From the NCBI GenBank assembly GCA_049523455.1, contig JBEKMW010000006.1, forward strand, positions 5,731-69,730: a stretch of DNA of 64,000 nucleotides, read 5' to 3'. The position numbers and the translations under genes are program-made. Under the pieces are notes generated by a model, which was given only the letters and a program-made list of their open reading frames with translations, did no database searches and was not told where the DNA came from. This DNA comes from Verrucomicrobiota bacterium (GTDB lineage Bacteria > Verrucomicrobiota > Verrucomicrobiia > Limisphaerales > UBA11358). This document shows positions 48,665 through 58,537 of the stretch, one piece after another; positions within the stretch are counted from its first letter, which is position 1; the number at the start of each line of letters is the position of its first letter.

Positions 48665-49072
48665 CTAGCCTGGCCGCAGGAAAGTCGCACCCAAGGACAC
48701 GATGCCCGCAATCGTTGCTGAAATCCCCACGACCCGCGCGACGATTGCGGGTTGCGGAAGAAGTTTCTCCGCCGCAATGCCCGACCCGAACCAAGTCTGG
48801 CCGGGCATTCGCATCCACATCATGGACATCGTCCAACCGCCGGGCATGCCCATGCCGCCGCCCATCGAGCGGCAGAAATAAGCGGTGGCCGACACGCCGG
48901 CGACGAACGCAAGGCCACAAACCGCGATAAATCCGGCGGGGAGCGCGCCTGCCCCGGGCGCCGCGCTCGGCGCCTCGCCGAACGCTCCTCCTCCCGCTTC
49001 TCTTCTTGGTGTTCTTTGTTGCCGTTGATCCGCTGTATCCCTGCCCGGTTGGTCAAGCGCAGCAGCAGTCAT
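48665..49072 (-). pseudogene. Truncated/internally deleted DUF2182-like membrane protein
   Basis: GMGMPGGWTMSMMWMRMPGQTWFGS matches the DUF2182 N-terminal hallmark but the following catalogue of TM segments is missing. Confidence 0.4.
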
Positions 49073-49808
49073 TGGCGGCTCCTTTATATTGGTCATGATA
49101 GCGCACCCAGTCCTGCGTGTGGTCGGGATTTTCGTCGCGGCCTTTCGCGGTGAGGTCGAGGAAATTGTAAGTCGTGTTCATCAGGTCAATCCCGCGCGCG
49201 TAGGACGAATAGGTGCGGTAAATGTCGCCGTTCTGGTCCCGGTAAAACGCGCTCACGCCCTCGCGCTCGTCAATGTCCATGTCCAGCGGCGCATAGTTGT
49301 AAATGGCCGTGCCGCGCTTGAGCTGCTCCGGCGTGAACGACACGTTGAAATCAAAATTGAAATCCGTGTTGGACGAGGAAACCCATTTGAACTTCCACCC
49401 CATGCGCTTCTTGAACCGCTCGATTTCCTTCCACGGCGCGCGGGACACCACCGCGAAGGCCGTGTCGCGCGCTCCAATGTGAAGATTCACGCTGTCGTAA
49501 TGGTCCGCCCAAAACGAGCAATGCGCGCAACCTTCTCCCCAGCCCGGCCCGAACATGAAGTGATAGATAATGAGCTGGCTCTTGCCGCAAAACAACTCAC
49601 CCAGCGCCACCTTGCCCGTTGGCCCCGCGAAAACGTATTCCTTTTCGATCTTCACCCAGGGCAGCTTGCGGCGTTGCCGGTTCATTTCGTCGCGCCGCTT
49701 CGAGAACTTCTTTTCCTTCACCAGCAGCTTCTTGCGGGCGGCGATCCATTCTTTTTGCGAAACCACCTTGCGGTTTTCGATTCCGTGGACGGTTTTGATT
49801 TTCGGCAT
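49053..49808 (-). CDS. DUF899 family (thioredoxin-like) protein
   Basis: FMFGPGWGEGCAHCSFWADHYDSVNLHIGARDTAFAVVSRAP, GVSAFYRDQNGDIYRTYSSYARGIDLMNTTYNFLDLTAKGRDE. Confidence 0.88.
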   Translation of the reverse strand: MPKIKTVHGIENRKVVSQKEWIAARKKLLVKEKKFSKRRDEMNRQRRKLPWVKIEKEYVFAGPTGKVALGELFCGKSQLIIYHFMFGPGWGEGCAHCSFWADHYDSVNLHIGARDTAFAVVSRAPWKEIERFKKRMGWKFKWVSSSNTDFNFDFNVSFTPEQLKRGTAIYNYAPLDMDIDEREGVSAFYRDQNGDIYRTYSSYARGIDLMNTTYNFLDLTAKGRDENPDHTQDWVRYHDQYKGAANDCCCA

Positions 49809-49904
49809 GATATTCTCCTTTTATTGTTGTTACCTCATCATTGTGGATTTTCAAACGGAATTTCCCGTGTCCTTCTGGCGCCAACGTCGGGTGTCCTCGT
49901 GCGC

Positions 49905-50120
49905 CTACGCCGGGTGGCAACACGAGCCGGAGTTCTGGGGAAGTGACCCGTACTCATCGCGGCGGCACCACCAGATGCCCGTCTCGTTGCGCCCAAGTGG
50001 CGCACGGTCGAGCCACTGGTACATGCCCCAAAGGCCGTCCAGCCCGCGCGCATAGATGGAATAGGTGTGGTAAACCACGCCGTCCTCGAGCGTGAACGCG
50101 CTCATGCCCGGCTTTTCACG
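49905..50120 (-). pseudogene. C-terminal fragment of a second DUF899-family gene
   Basis: GMSAFTLEDGVVYHTYSIYARGLDGLWGMYQWLDRAPLGRNE aligns with the C-terminus of the neighbouring intact DUF899 protein; the N-terminal two thirds are absent. Confidence 0.7.
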
Positions 50121-50379
50121 TATAGGGACTGATAACCCGCGGCTTTGCCGCTGGCCAGGTTCCGTCGCCACTCCGTGGCTGAACTGATTTTCGTGAGTTC
50201 TGAGCGGCAGAGTTGTCTGCCAGAAGTGTGAATTTATTAGGACTGGAATTAAGATTGCGAAAAAGGCCATCATCAAGACGCTCAAATAGGGAAGAATCCG
50301 CGTGACACGACATCAGACACATCGGGGGCTGGCAGGACGCGGCTGCTGGATTTGTCGCCCGCGAAAAATTGAATGACCT

Positions 50380-51513
50380 ATGATCAAGAACGTTTGCAAC
50401 TCCTGCGGTCAACCTTTCGTATCTTCCGACGCGCCCGTGGGCGCTCCCATAAAATGTCCGCGCTGCGGCGCGGAAAACGTCGTCGCCCCTCCCAAGCCGC
50501 CGCCGCTCCCGGTCCCCGCCAAATGGGGCGCCCCGGCGGAGCGAGCGCCGGGCAATTCTCCGGTCATGCCGGTCGCCCAGCGCATCATTGACAACATCGA
50601 GAAGGTAATCGTCGGCAAACATAACGAAATCATGCTCACACTGGTGGCGTATTGCGCCGAGGGCCACGTGCTGTTGGAAGACGTGCCTGGCGTGGCCAAG
50701 ACCATGCTGGCCCGCGCGCTCTCGCGCAGCATCGGTTGCCAGTTTAAACGCATCCAGTGTACGCCCGACCTGTTGCCCAATGACATCACCGGCAGCTCGG
50801 TTTTCAATCCGAAAACCACCCAGTTCGAGTTCCGGCCCGGCCCGCTCTTCGCGCAAATCGTGCTGGCCGACGAAATCAACCGCGCCACGCCGCGCGCCCA
50901 AGCCGCCTTGCTCGAAGCCATGGCCGAGCGCAAGGTGACCTCCGACGGAAACAACTATGAATTGGCGCCGCCGTTTCTGCTGATCGCCACGCAGAATCCG
51001 ATTGACCACGAAGGCACGTTCCCACTGCCGGAAGCGCAATTGGACCGGTTCCTCGTCCGCCTGCGATTGGGCTACCCGCAGTTTGAGGACGAAGTCTCCA
51101 TGTTGCAGCGGCTCCAGTGGCAGCATCCCATCGAAGCCCTCGAGGCCGTCGCCACCGCCGATGAAATCGTCGCTTGCCAGGAATCGGTGGGGCAGGTGCA
51201 CGTGGACGACAAGGTGGGCCGCTACATCGTGCAACTCATCCAGGCCACGCGGGAACATTACGACGTGATTTTGGGCGGCAGTCCACGCGCCGGTCTGGCG
51301 TTGCAGCGTTGCGCCCAGGCCCTGGCGGCGGTCCATGGCTTTGATTTTGTCCTGCCCGACGACGTCAAACAAATGGCGCCGCACGTGCTCGGTCATCGGC
51401 TGATCCTCCGTCCGGAAAGCCGGTTGCGCAAGCGAACCGTGACCATGGTGCTGGATGAAATTCTCAACGCGGTGCCGGTCCCGCAAATGCCCGTGGGCGG
51501 TTTTGCCGAATGA
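50380..51513 (+). CDS. MoxR-family AAA+ ATPase with N-terminal zinc ribbon
   Basis: CNSCGQ...CPRCG then VIVGKHNEIMLTLVAYCAEGHVLLEDVPGVAKTMLARALSRSI, EINRATPRAQAALLEAMAE. Confidence 0.93.
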   Translation: MIKNVCNSCGQPFVSSDAPVGAPIKCPRCGAENVVAPPKPPPLPVPAKWGAPAERAPGNSPVMPVAQRIIDNIEKVIVGKHNEIMLTLVAYCAEGHVLLEDVPGVAKTMLARALSRSIGCQFKRIQCTPDLLPNDITGSSVFNPKTTQFEFRPGPLFAQIVLADEINRATPRAQAALLEAMAERKVTSDGNNYELAPPFLLIATQNPIDHEGTFPLPEAQLDRFLVRLRLGYPQFEDEVSMLQRLQWQHPIEALEAVATADEIVACQESVGQVHVDDKVGRYIVQLIQATREHYDVILGGSPRAGLALQRCAQALAAVHGFDFVLPDDVKQMAPHVLGHRLILRPESRLRKRTVTMVLDEILNAVPVPQMPVGGFAE

Positions 51514-52835
51514 AATGGATTCTCGGCACATTGGGCTTGCTGGTGCTCGGCTTGCTGCTGAGATTGAGCCTGCTGGTCTATGCCATGTACGTGCTGCTGG
51601 GCATCCTGGCCCTCACCCGGTTCTTTTCCCGCGCGTGGACCGATGAACTCGTGGCCACCCGGTTTTGCGACCGTGACGTGTTGGAAATCGACGAGTCGGC
51701 CGCGGTTGAAGTCCACGTCAAAAATGAGGGCCGCCTTACGGTGCCGTGGCTGTTGGTTGAAGATTCCCTGCCGCACGATGCGCTGGTGCTGATGCCGCTC
51801 CACCTCAAGGTGGACGGTCCGCGCCTGACGCTCGTCCGGCTGAGGCCCGGCGAAACCATCAGCTTGGACTATCGGGTGACCTTCCTCATGCGCGGATATT
51901 ATCAACTGGGACCGCTGTTGCTGGAAACGGGTGACGTGTTTGGATTGCATCGCCGGTTCCGGGTGGCCACCGAGCCGCACTTTGCGATGGTGCTGCCCAA
52001 GGTGCTGCCATTGCAGGGCTACAATCTGGCATCGCGCCGCCCGCTCGGTGAGATTCGCGTGGTGCACCGGTTGTTCGAAGACCCCACGCGATTGGCTGGC
52101 ATCCGCTTGTATCAGCCAGGCGATCCCTTGAACCGCATTCATTGGCGGGCCACCGCGCGCACCGGGGAAATTCACAGCCGGGTTTATGAAAATTCCCGCG
52201 TGGCGGGCGCGACGTTTCTGCTGGATTTCCACGTGCGAAGTTATCAAGGCCATGGCGCGCCGGCGTCGGCGGAACTGGCGATGGTCACCATTGCCTCGCT
52301 CGCCAACGCGGTTTCGCTGATGGGCCAACAAATCGGTCTCGCCAGCAACGGCCGCGACGCCGCCGATCGCATCCGCGAGGAAGGTTGGGGCGCCGACTTT
52401 ATTACGCGGCGGGAGGCGCATCGGCGGGCGAAGGAGGCACTGGCCAACACGCGCTTGCGGCCCGTTCTGGTGCCGACGCGCAAGGGCGACGCCAACTTCA
52501 CGCGAATTCTCGAGACGCTGGCGCGCCTAGAGCACACGGACGGCTTGGAGTTTTCCGAAATGCTGGCGGAGGTGGCCAGTGAAATTCCGCGGGACGCCAC
52601 CGTGGTGGCGGTGCTCCGGCGGGTGACGCCGGCCACGGCGGCCGCGCTCGGCGAATTGGCCCGGCGCGGTTTTCTGGTGACGGTCATCGTGGTTTCAATC
52701 GAGTTGGAACCGACGCCCGATTGGGCGCAAGCACCGGATTGGGCGCAGATGTTGCTGGCCCAAGGCATGGATTTCCGCATCGTCAACACCGAGGAAGCGG
52801 TGTCGAATCTCTGCGCGGAAGCCATCGTGAGGTAA
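51510..52835 (+). CDS. DUF58 domain-containing protein
   Basis: GDVFGLHRRF, GEIRVVHRLFEDPTRLAGIRLYQPGDPLNRIHWRATARTGEIHSRVYE; ATGA overlap with upstream gene. Confidence 0.9.
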   Translation: MKWILGTLGLLVLGLLLRLSLLVYAMYVLLGILALTRFFSRAWTDELVATRFCDRDVLEIDESAAVEVHVKNEGRLTVPWLLVEDSLPHDALVLMPLHLKVDGPRLTLVRLRPGETISLDYRVTFLMRGYYQLGPLLLETGDVFGLHRRFRVATEPHFAMVLPKVLPLQGYNLASRRPLGEIRVVHRLFEDPTRLAGIRLYQPGDPLNRIHWRATARTGEIHSRVYENSRVAGATFLLDFHVRSYQGHGAPASAELAMVTIASLANAVSLMGQQIGLASNGRDAADRIREEGWGADFITRREAHRRAKEALANTRLRPVLVPTRKGDANFTRILETLARLEHTDGLEFSEMLAEVASEIPRDATVVAVLRRVTPATAAALGELARRGFLVTVIVVSIELEPTPDWAQAPDWAQMLLAQGMDFRIVNTEEAVSNLCAEAIVR

Positions 52836-52837
52836 TC

Positions 52838-54460
52838 ATGGTTCGAAAACCGACAAAGACCTTGGCCGACCATATGGTGATTGGCATCAGTCCGGTCTTG
52901 ATCATGTTGCTGGTGGGGAGCCTGAGTTTTTTTCTCATTGAGGCTCTTTATCGGGGCGCGGCGGTGGGCAGTGTCCGGTGGGTGCTGTTCTGGTTTGTCC
53001 TGGCGGTGGTGCTGGTGTCGCGCATTGGTATCGAGCAAGGCACTACCTACGCGGCGATTTATGGCTTGGCCTTGGCCGTCGCCACGTGGCTGTATCTGGT
53101 GTCCGTTCACCCGGCCGCGTTGGTGGGTGCCGTTTTGCTGGGAATTGTCTGGTGGAGCGCCCACAAGGTTACCTGGGATTGCACCTTGATTGACGACGCG
53201 GAGGATGCTTCCGGCAGCGGGCTGCTGCAAACCGCGGGCGAAATACGAAAGTTCGATTCCCTCTCTTCACCAAAGGAGGAGAAGGCAGGGATGAGGAAGC
53301 TGTTGCATCACCCCACCCCGGTCCCTCATGCGCCCGGCCTGTGGGTGGTCTATTTTTCCCTGGTGGCATTGCCGTTATTTGGAATCGGACAGATGCTGTT
53401 ACCAAGTGGTGACACCGTCTCGCGGCGAGCCGGTTTCGTTTTTCTGTTCGTCTATCTGGCCGCCGCAGTGGGGCTGCTGCTGACCACGAGTTTTTTGGGT
53501 TTGCGACGCTACCTGCGTCAACGCTATTTGCCGATGCCCGGTGTCATTGCCTTCGGCTGGCTCAAATTCGGTGCCGGGGTCGCCGTCGTCGTGTTTCTCG
53601 CCTCGCTGCTGTTGCCGCGTCCGGGTGTGAACGACGCCTGGGCGACACTGCACTATCAGATTGATTACCGGCTGCGCCAGGCCAGTGACTACGCCATGCG
53701 CTTGGGACCCCACGGATCCGGCCAGGGGCGCGCAGGCCATGAACCGCAGCATGCGGACGGCTCGACGGGTCCCGCCGCTGCGCCTTCAGAAAATGAAAAG
53801 CCCGCCGCCGGTAGCGAACAACCACCCAGCCAGTCGCAGGCGAACGGGAGCCAGCCGGCGCAACCGCAGACTGCTCCGCCGGAAGTTCTCCCTCCCGGCG
53901 CCGGCCCCATGGGCGACCAATTATATGTGTGGTTTCGGAATTTGCTGATTTTGGCGGGCATCATCCTGGCCGGTGTGTGGCTGTTTAAGCGGCGTCATCT
54001 GCTGCTGGAAATGGCGCGGTCGCTCATCGCGGCGCTGACGCAATTCTTTCGGGACCTGTTCGATTTGGGCCTGCGATTGAAGAAGACCGCCGCGAAGAAA
54101 GAGCCGTCCAGCCCGGCCCCGCATCCTTTTGCCGCGTACACCAGCCCTTTCCTGACCGGCAAAGACAAATCGTGGACGGTCGAAGAGGTGGTCCTCTACA
54201 GTTACGAAGCGTTGCAAGCCTGGGCCGTGGAACAAGGAATCCAATCCCAACCCGAGCAGACCGCCCGGGAATTCTGTCTGCGGCTGGGCCAAGCCTTTCC
54301 CGACGCGGCCACCGAGTTGGACCGCCTGGCGTTCCTGTATGGCCATGCGGCTTACGGCTTTGCCGTACCCGCCGGTTGCGACTTGGAGCCGGTCAGAAAA
54401 CTCTGGCACTACCTATCCGCGACGGCGACCGGTGACAACGCCGCGTTTTCGTCAGGCTGA
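52838..54460 (+). CDS. Membrane protein with DUF4129-like C-terminus (transglutaminase-operon type)
   Basis: N-terminal TM bundle, C-terminal VEEVVLYSYEALQAWAVEQGIQSQPEQTAREFCLRLGQAFPDAATELDRLAFLYGHAAYG; follows MoxR-DUF58. Confidence 0.65.
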   Translation: MVRKPTKTLADHMVIGISPVLIMLLVGSLSFFLIEALYRGAAVGSVRWVLFWFVLAVVLVSRIGIEQGTTYAAIYGLALAVATWLYLVSVHPAALVGAVLLGIVWWSAHKVTWDCTLIDDAEDASGSGLLQTAGEIRKFDSLSSPKEEKAGMRKLLHHPTPVPHAPGLWVVYFSLVALPLFGIGQMLLPSGDTVSRRAGFVFLFVYLAAAVGLLLTTSFLGLRRYLRQRYLPMPGVIAFGWLKFGAGVAVVVFLASLLLPRPGVNDAWATLHYQIDYRLRQASDYAMRLGPHGSGQGRAGHEPQHADGSTGPAAAPSENEKPAAGSEQPPSQSQANGSQPAQPQTAPPEVLPPGAGPMGDQLYVWFRNLLILAGIILAGVWLFKRRHLLLEMARSLIAALTQFFRDLFDLGLRLKKTAAKKEPSSPAPHPFAAYTSPFLTGKDKSWTVEEVVLYSYEALQAWAVEQGIQSQPEQTAREFCLRLGQAFPDAATELDRLAFLYGHAAYGFAVPAGCDLEPVRKLWHYLSATATGDNAAFSSG

Positions 54461-54478
54461 CGAAACCGTTGCGCCGGA

Positions 54479-54805
54479 TCACCTCAAGGTCAAATGAACC
54501 ACTTGGACCAGCGGCAAATAGGCGGCTATCATTGTTGGTAGTGACAACAGGACCAATACGCTCATGGTGGTCGCAAAGAAGACCACCCACGATGGTGATC
54601 GCTCTGTCTTAAGAAACAAAATCGCGAGACAATATGCCGCCGCCAAAACCGGCAGGACAATCATCACTGGCCGGAGTGCGATGCACAACAGAGTGAAACC
54701 CGGCATTGGATGGCCGGTGGGCGGCACCAGCTTGAGGATGACCCAGAGAAACCAACAGGCGATGCTGAAGACCGCCAGGATCAATAAGTGCGCTAACTTT
54801 TTCAT
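54479..54805 (-). CDS. Hypothetical small membrane protein
   Basis: Three hydrophobic segments in 108 aa. Confidence 0.5.
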   Translation of the reverse strand: MKKLAHLLILAVFSIACWFLWVILKLVPPTGHPMPGFTLLCIALRPVMIVLPVLAAAYCLAILFLKTERSPSWVVFFATTMSVLVLLSLPTMIAAYLPLVQVVHLTLR

Positions 54806-54885
54806 GGTTTTCCTTTTTGTTCGTGGTTTGATTTGCCGATAATCTCCGCAGCTCTCGGGTCAGAATATCTTCCGAACAGCGGAAA

Positions 54886-55308
54886 TCAACAATGGAATCT
54901 CATAAAATCGTCGAACTCGCTGTAAAAGACGAGGGACGCCAGAATTATGGCGATGCCGGCGGCGAACAGGACGGCGCCAAAAATCGCACAGGATAGCAAC
55001 GTGAGAACCAGCGTTCGTGCCGGACCGGTGGTTTGCGGATGCCAGGAACTGCGATACAAAATGGCAAAGGTCAATAAAATCGGAACGAGCGCCTCAAGCA
55101 TCAACCCAGCCCACCAGATATGGAGCGGCGCCACGGCATATCTGGACACGCAACAACTGGACACCCAGGCAATGAAGCACGCAACTGAGGATGCTAAGAT
55201 GGGCGAATGAACCTCGAACGGTCGGTCGCCGCGAATCGTCTCCCCTAACCGGCTTGCGAGCGCCGCCAATTGCCGAGCAATGCGCCTCATACACTCAATA
55301 GACACCAA
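54886..55308 (-). CDS. Hypothetical membrane protein
   Basis: 140 aa with hydrophobic segments LMLEALVPILLTFAILY and FGAVLFAAGIAIILASLVFY. Confidence 0.4.
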   Translation of the reverse strand: MVSIECMRRIARQLAALASRLGETIRGDRPFEVHSPILASSVACFIAWVSSCCVSRYAVAPLHIWWAGLMLEALVPILLTFAILYRSSWHPQTTGPARTLVLTLLSCAIFGAVLFAAGIAIILASLVFYSEFDDFMRFHC

Positions 55309-55373
55309 CCGCTCCCCTAATTGTATATCGCAACCGAAGAATTTTCAATGATTTTTCCAAGCGGTAGACAGGT

Positions 55374-55754
55374 TCAATGCAACATCCGTCTTTGAGCACG
55401 GGTTAACGTGCCCATCCACATGCGCGGTGTTTGTATCGCAATGCCGAAGGGTTTCTCCAATACGGTCAAGTCCCGGTCGCGTGCGATGACCGTGCGTGCT
55501 CCCGCTGCCAAGGCGGCCTCAATGAATTTGTCATCCTTGGGATCGCGGCAAAATGTTTGTTCCAAGGTTATCGGCGTCACCCACAAGGCAGACGTTTTCA
55601 GCGTATCCAGCCAAATCTGAGTGTCCGTCGTGAAACGCTGTTCCTCCTTCACCCGTTTGAGCACCGCCTTGTATTCGGAAAAGATCGCTTCGCTGATGAC
55701 CGGCAGCACGAGGCCCTGGAGCCAGGCTCTCACCGTAAATCCGGGTGGCGTCAA
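55374..55754 (-). pseudogene. N-terminally truncated PIN-family toxin (PIN_3-like)
   Basis: VISEAIFSEYKAVLKR, DPKDDKFIEAALAAGARTVIARDRDLTVL present; the N-terminal DTN strand is missing and a stop lies just upstream in frame. Confidence 0.6.
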
Positions 55755-55778
55755 GGAATTTGCGACATGGTTCCGCGT

Positions 55779-56924
55779 TCAGCGCCGCTCACCGCGCGAC
55801 ACTTGGAGCGAGAGATACCATGGAACGGCGGTCAGCCCGCTCCAGCTATCCGGCTTGAGCGAGTCCTCAAAATGCTTTTGGATTTCCACGTTGTAAGGCG
55901 CCAGCGCCGGCCAGTCGCGCTTCTCGGCCAGCGCGGTGGCGATGAGCCGGTCCACGTCTGGTTTGGTGAAAACGACGTGGTGCTCGTAGGCGTCCACGAT
56001 GGCGAACGTGTCAATTTCGTAATAGCCGCCATTGGGATGGACGCCTATCCAATGCTTTGGCGCGCCGTTGGTCAGGTAATCCCATTGCCCCGCCGGTTGC
56101 CAGTAGTTCCAGATGCGGTATGTGCCGTTGGTTTGAATCGTCATCCGCAATTTCATGAGGGTGAACCATTTGGCCGCGCGTTCCTTGTAAAAGGATTTGC
56201 CTGTGGCGTCGGACATGGCGAGCAGCCAGCGGGCAACCAGATTGGCCTTGTTGTCCGGATGCGAAAAACTGATGCCCGGGTCCTTGCGATGGTTGTAACC
56301 CTCGGTCCAATGGCCCGCTTCGATGCCGTAAGGTTCAACGATGGAGATCATTCCGCCGCCGGCAGTCTCGCGCCAGACACCGCGGCGGTCCCATTTCTCG
56401 TACGTTTGCTCCGCGAGCTTGAGATAACTTTTGGCCTTGTCGCCGTATTTGGGCCGGAGCGCAGGCGTGCGTAGGATTTCGCGCGACATCAGGACGACCG
56501 GCCGCAACGCCACCGCCTCGCCCAACAAGCTGTCGGCGTTGTAACTGTTCAGCTCGTCCACCTCGGTGCCGGCGGCATTCGTCTTGGGCCAGCCGATAAA
56601 ACCATCGGGCTCCTTGACGCCGCGCTTGACCCACGAATCCGTCCAGTCAACGAGCTGATCTACCCATTGGGGATCCTTGGTGGCCAGATAGCCGTGATAA
56701 TAACCGTCCAAATAGGGGCCCACCAGCCAGGCCAGTTCCTCTCCGTTTTCCTTGTCGCAATACCGATTGCGGGAATCAACAGTGACGTATCCCTGCCACC
56801 GGGTCAACCAGTCCTGGAACTTTGCGTCGTCCATTCGGATCAGGGTGGAATCCTGTGCCGTGGTTCGCACCGCGAGGGCGGCGAGGAACATCAAGCTGGC
56901 GATCAAAACGCGTAATGGTTTCAT
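55779..56924 (-). CDS. Secreted six-hairpin glycosidase-like protein
   Basis: Signal peptide MKPLRVLIASLMFLAALAVRTTA; SYNADSLLGEAVALRPVVLMSREIL, WTEGYNHRKDPGISFSHPDNKANLVARWLLAM. Confidence 0.5.
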   Translation of the reverse strand: MKPLRVLIASLMFLAALAVRTTAQDSTLIRMDDAKFQDWLTRWQGYVTVDSRNRYCDKENGEELAWLVGPYLDGYYHGYLATKDPQWVDQLVDWTDSWVKRGVKEPDGFIGWPKTNAAGTEVDELNSYNADSLLGEAVALRPVVLMSREILRTPALRPKYGDKAKSYLKLAEQTYEKWDRRGVWRETAGGGMISIVEPYGIEAGHWTEGYNHRKDPGISFSHPDNKANLVARWLLAMSDATGKSFYKERAAKWFTLMKLRMTIQTNGTYRIWNYWQPAGQWDYLTNGAPKHWIGVHPNGGYYEIDTFAIVDAYEHHVVFTKPDVDRLIATALAEKRDWPALAPYNVEIQKHFEDSLKPDSWSGLTAVPWYLSLQVSRGERR

Positions 56925-57090
56925 GAATGGTGAGGGTTCAAGGGGCGTGATCCGGTTCTTGTCTTCTCCCTCTCCTCGCTAAACGAGGAGAGGGTAGGGG
57001 TGAGGAGCTCGTTTCGAAATCTCCCACCCCATCCCTCCCCGCTCAGCCGGGGCGAGGGAGTCAAGAACGAGGTCAAGATGCGCCCAGGGT

Positions 57091-57624
57091 TCAAAATTGG
57101 TCTTCCTTTTCCTTGAACAGAATGTTGAACGTGGTCAGGGAGCCGTAGCTGCGCGTGATGTATTGCTGCATCTCCACTTTTTCGGCGTCGCTGAGCTTTT
57201 CGTGGGCGTTGATCTTCTGTTCCAGCACCCGCAGATTGTTGCGAACCATCACGATTTTGTGAAAGAACACCTCCAGCGGCACCTCCTTGCCCTGGAGCGC
57301 CGGGTCGGACGGATGCATCACCAGCCGGCCACCGTGCCAGCGGACACCGAGCTTTTCCACCACCGCGTCGGGTTTTTCCAGGCCGAGCCTGGCGAGCGCC
57401 GCGTCCAATGTTTGGGCGATGAACTGTTTGAGCGGCACATTGAGACTGCCTACCGCCGCCTGCGGTTCGGCTGGTTCGAGACCGGCGGCTTCCGGCGCGA
57501 CGGTCCGTCTATTGCCGTCGTCAAACTGAACCTCCGCGGTGGCTTCGCCAATCGTCTTGACCGTGCCCGTGCCGTGCTGCGGATGACGCACCTTCATGCC
57601 CACGTGGAGCGATTCGATTTTCAT
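57091..57624 (-). CDS. Hypothetical protein (conserved-looking, SH3-like start)
   Basis: [42 protein letters not shown]; 177 aa. Confidence 0.6.
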   Translation of the reverse strand: MKIESLHVGMKVRHPQHGTGTVKTIGEATAEVQFDDGNRRTVAPEAAGLEPAEPQAAVGSLNVPLKQFIAQTLDAALARLGLEKPDAVVEKLGVRWHGGRLVMHPSDPALQGKEVPLEVFFHKIVMVRNNLRVLEQKINAHEKLSDAEKVEMQQYITRSYGSLTTFNILFKEKEDQF

Positions 57625-57706
57625 AGGAGGATTGTAATCGCGGATGGACACGGATGGACACAGATTTTTGAACGCAAGGACGCAGCGTGGCGAAGCAGCA
57701 ACCAAC

Positions 57707-58000
57707 GGAGCGCGGGTTGCCTCAACCCGCAGCACTTGCAAACGCGGTCAGTCGTGTTATTACGTCAAATGTGCCGTCGGTCGTGCTGCGGCTTGAGACA
57801 ATCCGCGTTCCCGGAGCGCGAGTTGCGTGCCGCGCCATAGCCTCTGGGCGACGGCTGGTCTCAACTCGCAGCATGCCCGAATGCTGTCACCCCGTGGATT
57901 TGCTGGCGGTTGGCGCTCCGCAAGCGTGGAACAAGTGGGTCTCCCGATTCCAACACCGGTTTGGCTGCCGACGCGCTGCGGATTGGGACAATCCGCGCTC
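57707..58000. repeat. Two tandem GGAGC-hairpin-AGC inverted pair elements, the second interrupted at its right edge by the group II intron
   Basis: 57707-57811 with GCGGGTTG/CAACCCGC and GCGGATTG/CAAGCCGC; 57813-58000 with GCGAGTTG/CAACTCGC and GCGGATTG/CAATCCGC. Confidence 0.8.
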
Positions 58001-58537
58001 GTGTGCTTGGCAGGTCTGATGAACTATCGGGATGAAAGGAGCCCGACAGGAGCGATGACGCAAACTGTAGCGGAAGGTTAGGCCGAAGCCGTAAGGCGCA
58101 GGCTGAAAGAACCGGAAGCGAACTCTTGGCCGTAGGAACACGAACGGGTAGTGAGGCCGGATGCAGGCGGCAAGCTGACTAGCGACAGCGAAGCCCAAAA
58201 GGTCATCAAGCTGCATCAGGTAGAACCCGACGGCGTGAGAGGACAGTCATCAGACTGACCCAAGGAGACCCTTGGACTGAGAAGGCCAAGGGAGTCAGCA
58301 GAGGCCATAGTAGCGAAAGAAGCTTCGCGAAAGCGGAGCCGAGCCAAGGGCCGAAGAACGAAGGAACAAAGCTAGACAGTAATCTGGCAGGCGAGGGAAG
58401 GGTCCGAAACGGCGGGCGGCGACAACTGCGGTCACCCAGCCCGGACCGGCCAACTGACGGAGAAGCGGTGAAGCCGCGGCGAACGTCAGGAGCGGAGCAC
58501 CGACGGAAGCCGGCTGCGAAAACTGCGAAAGAAAGCG

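Noticed and set aside
50116-51531. 471-aa minus-strand ORF opposite the MoxR gene
   Set aside because: Shadow ORF of the AAA+ ATPase gene; no own motifs.
57638-57665. GGATGGACACGGATGGACACAGA short tandem repeat upstream of the 57.1 kb gene
   Set aside because: Only two to three units; too little to propose an array or function.
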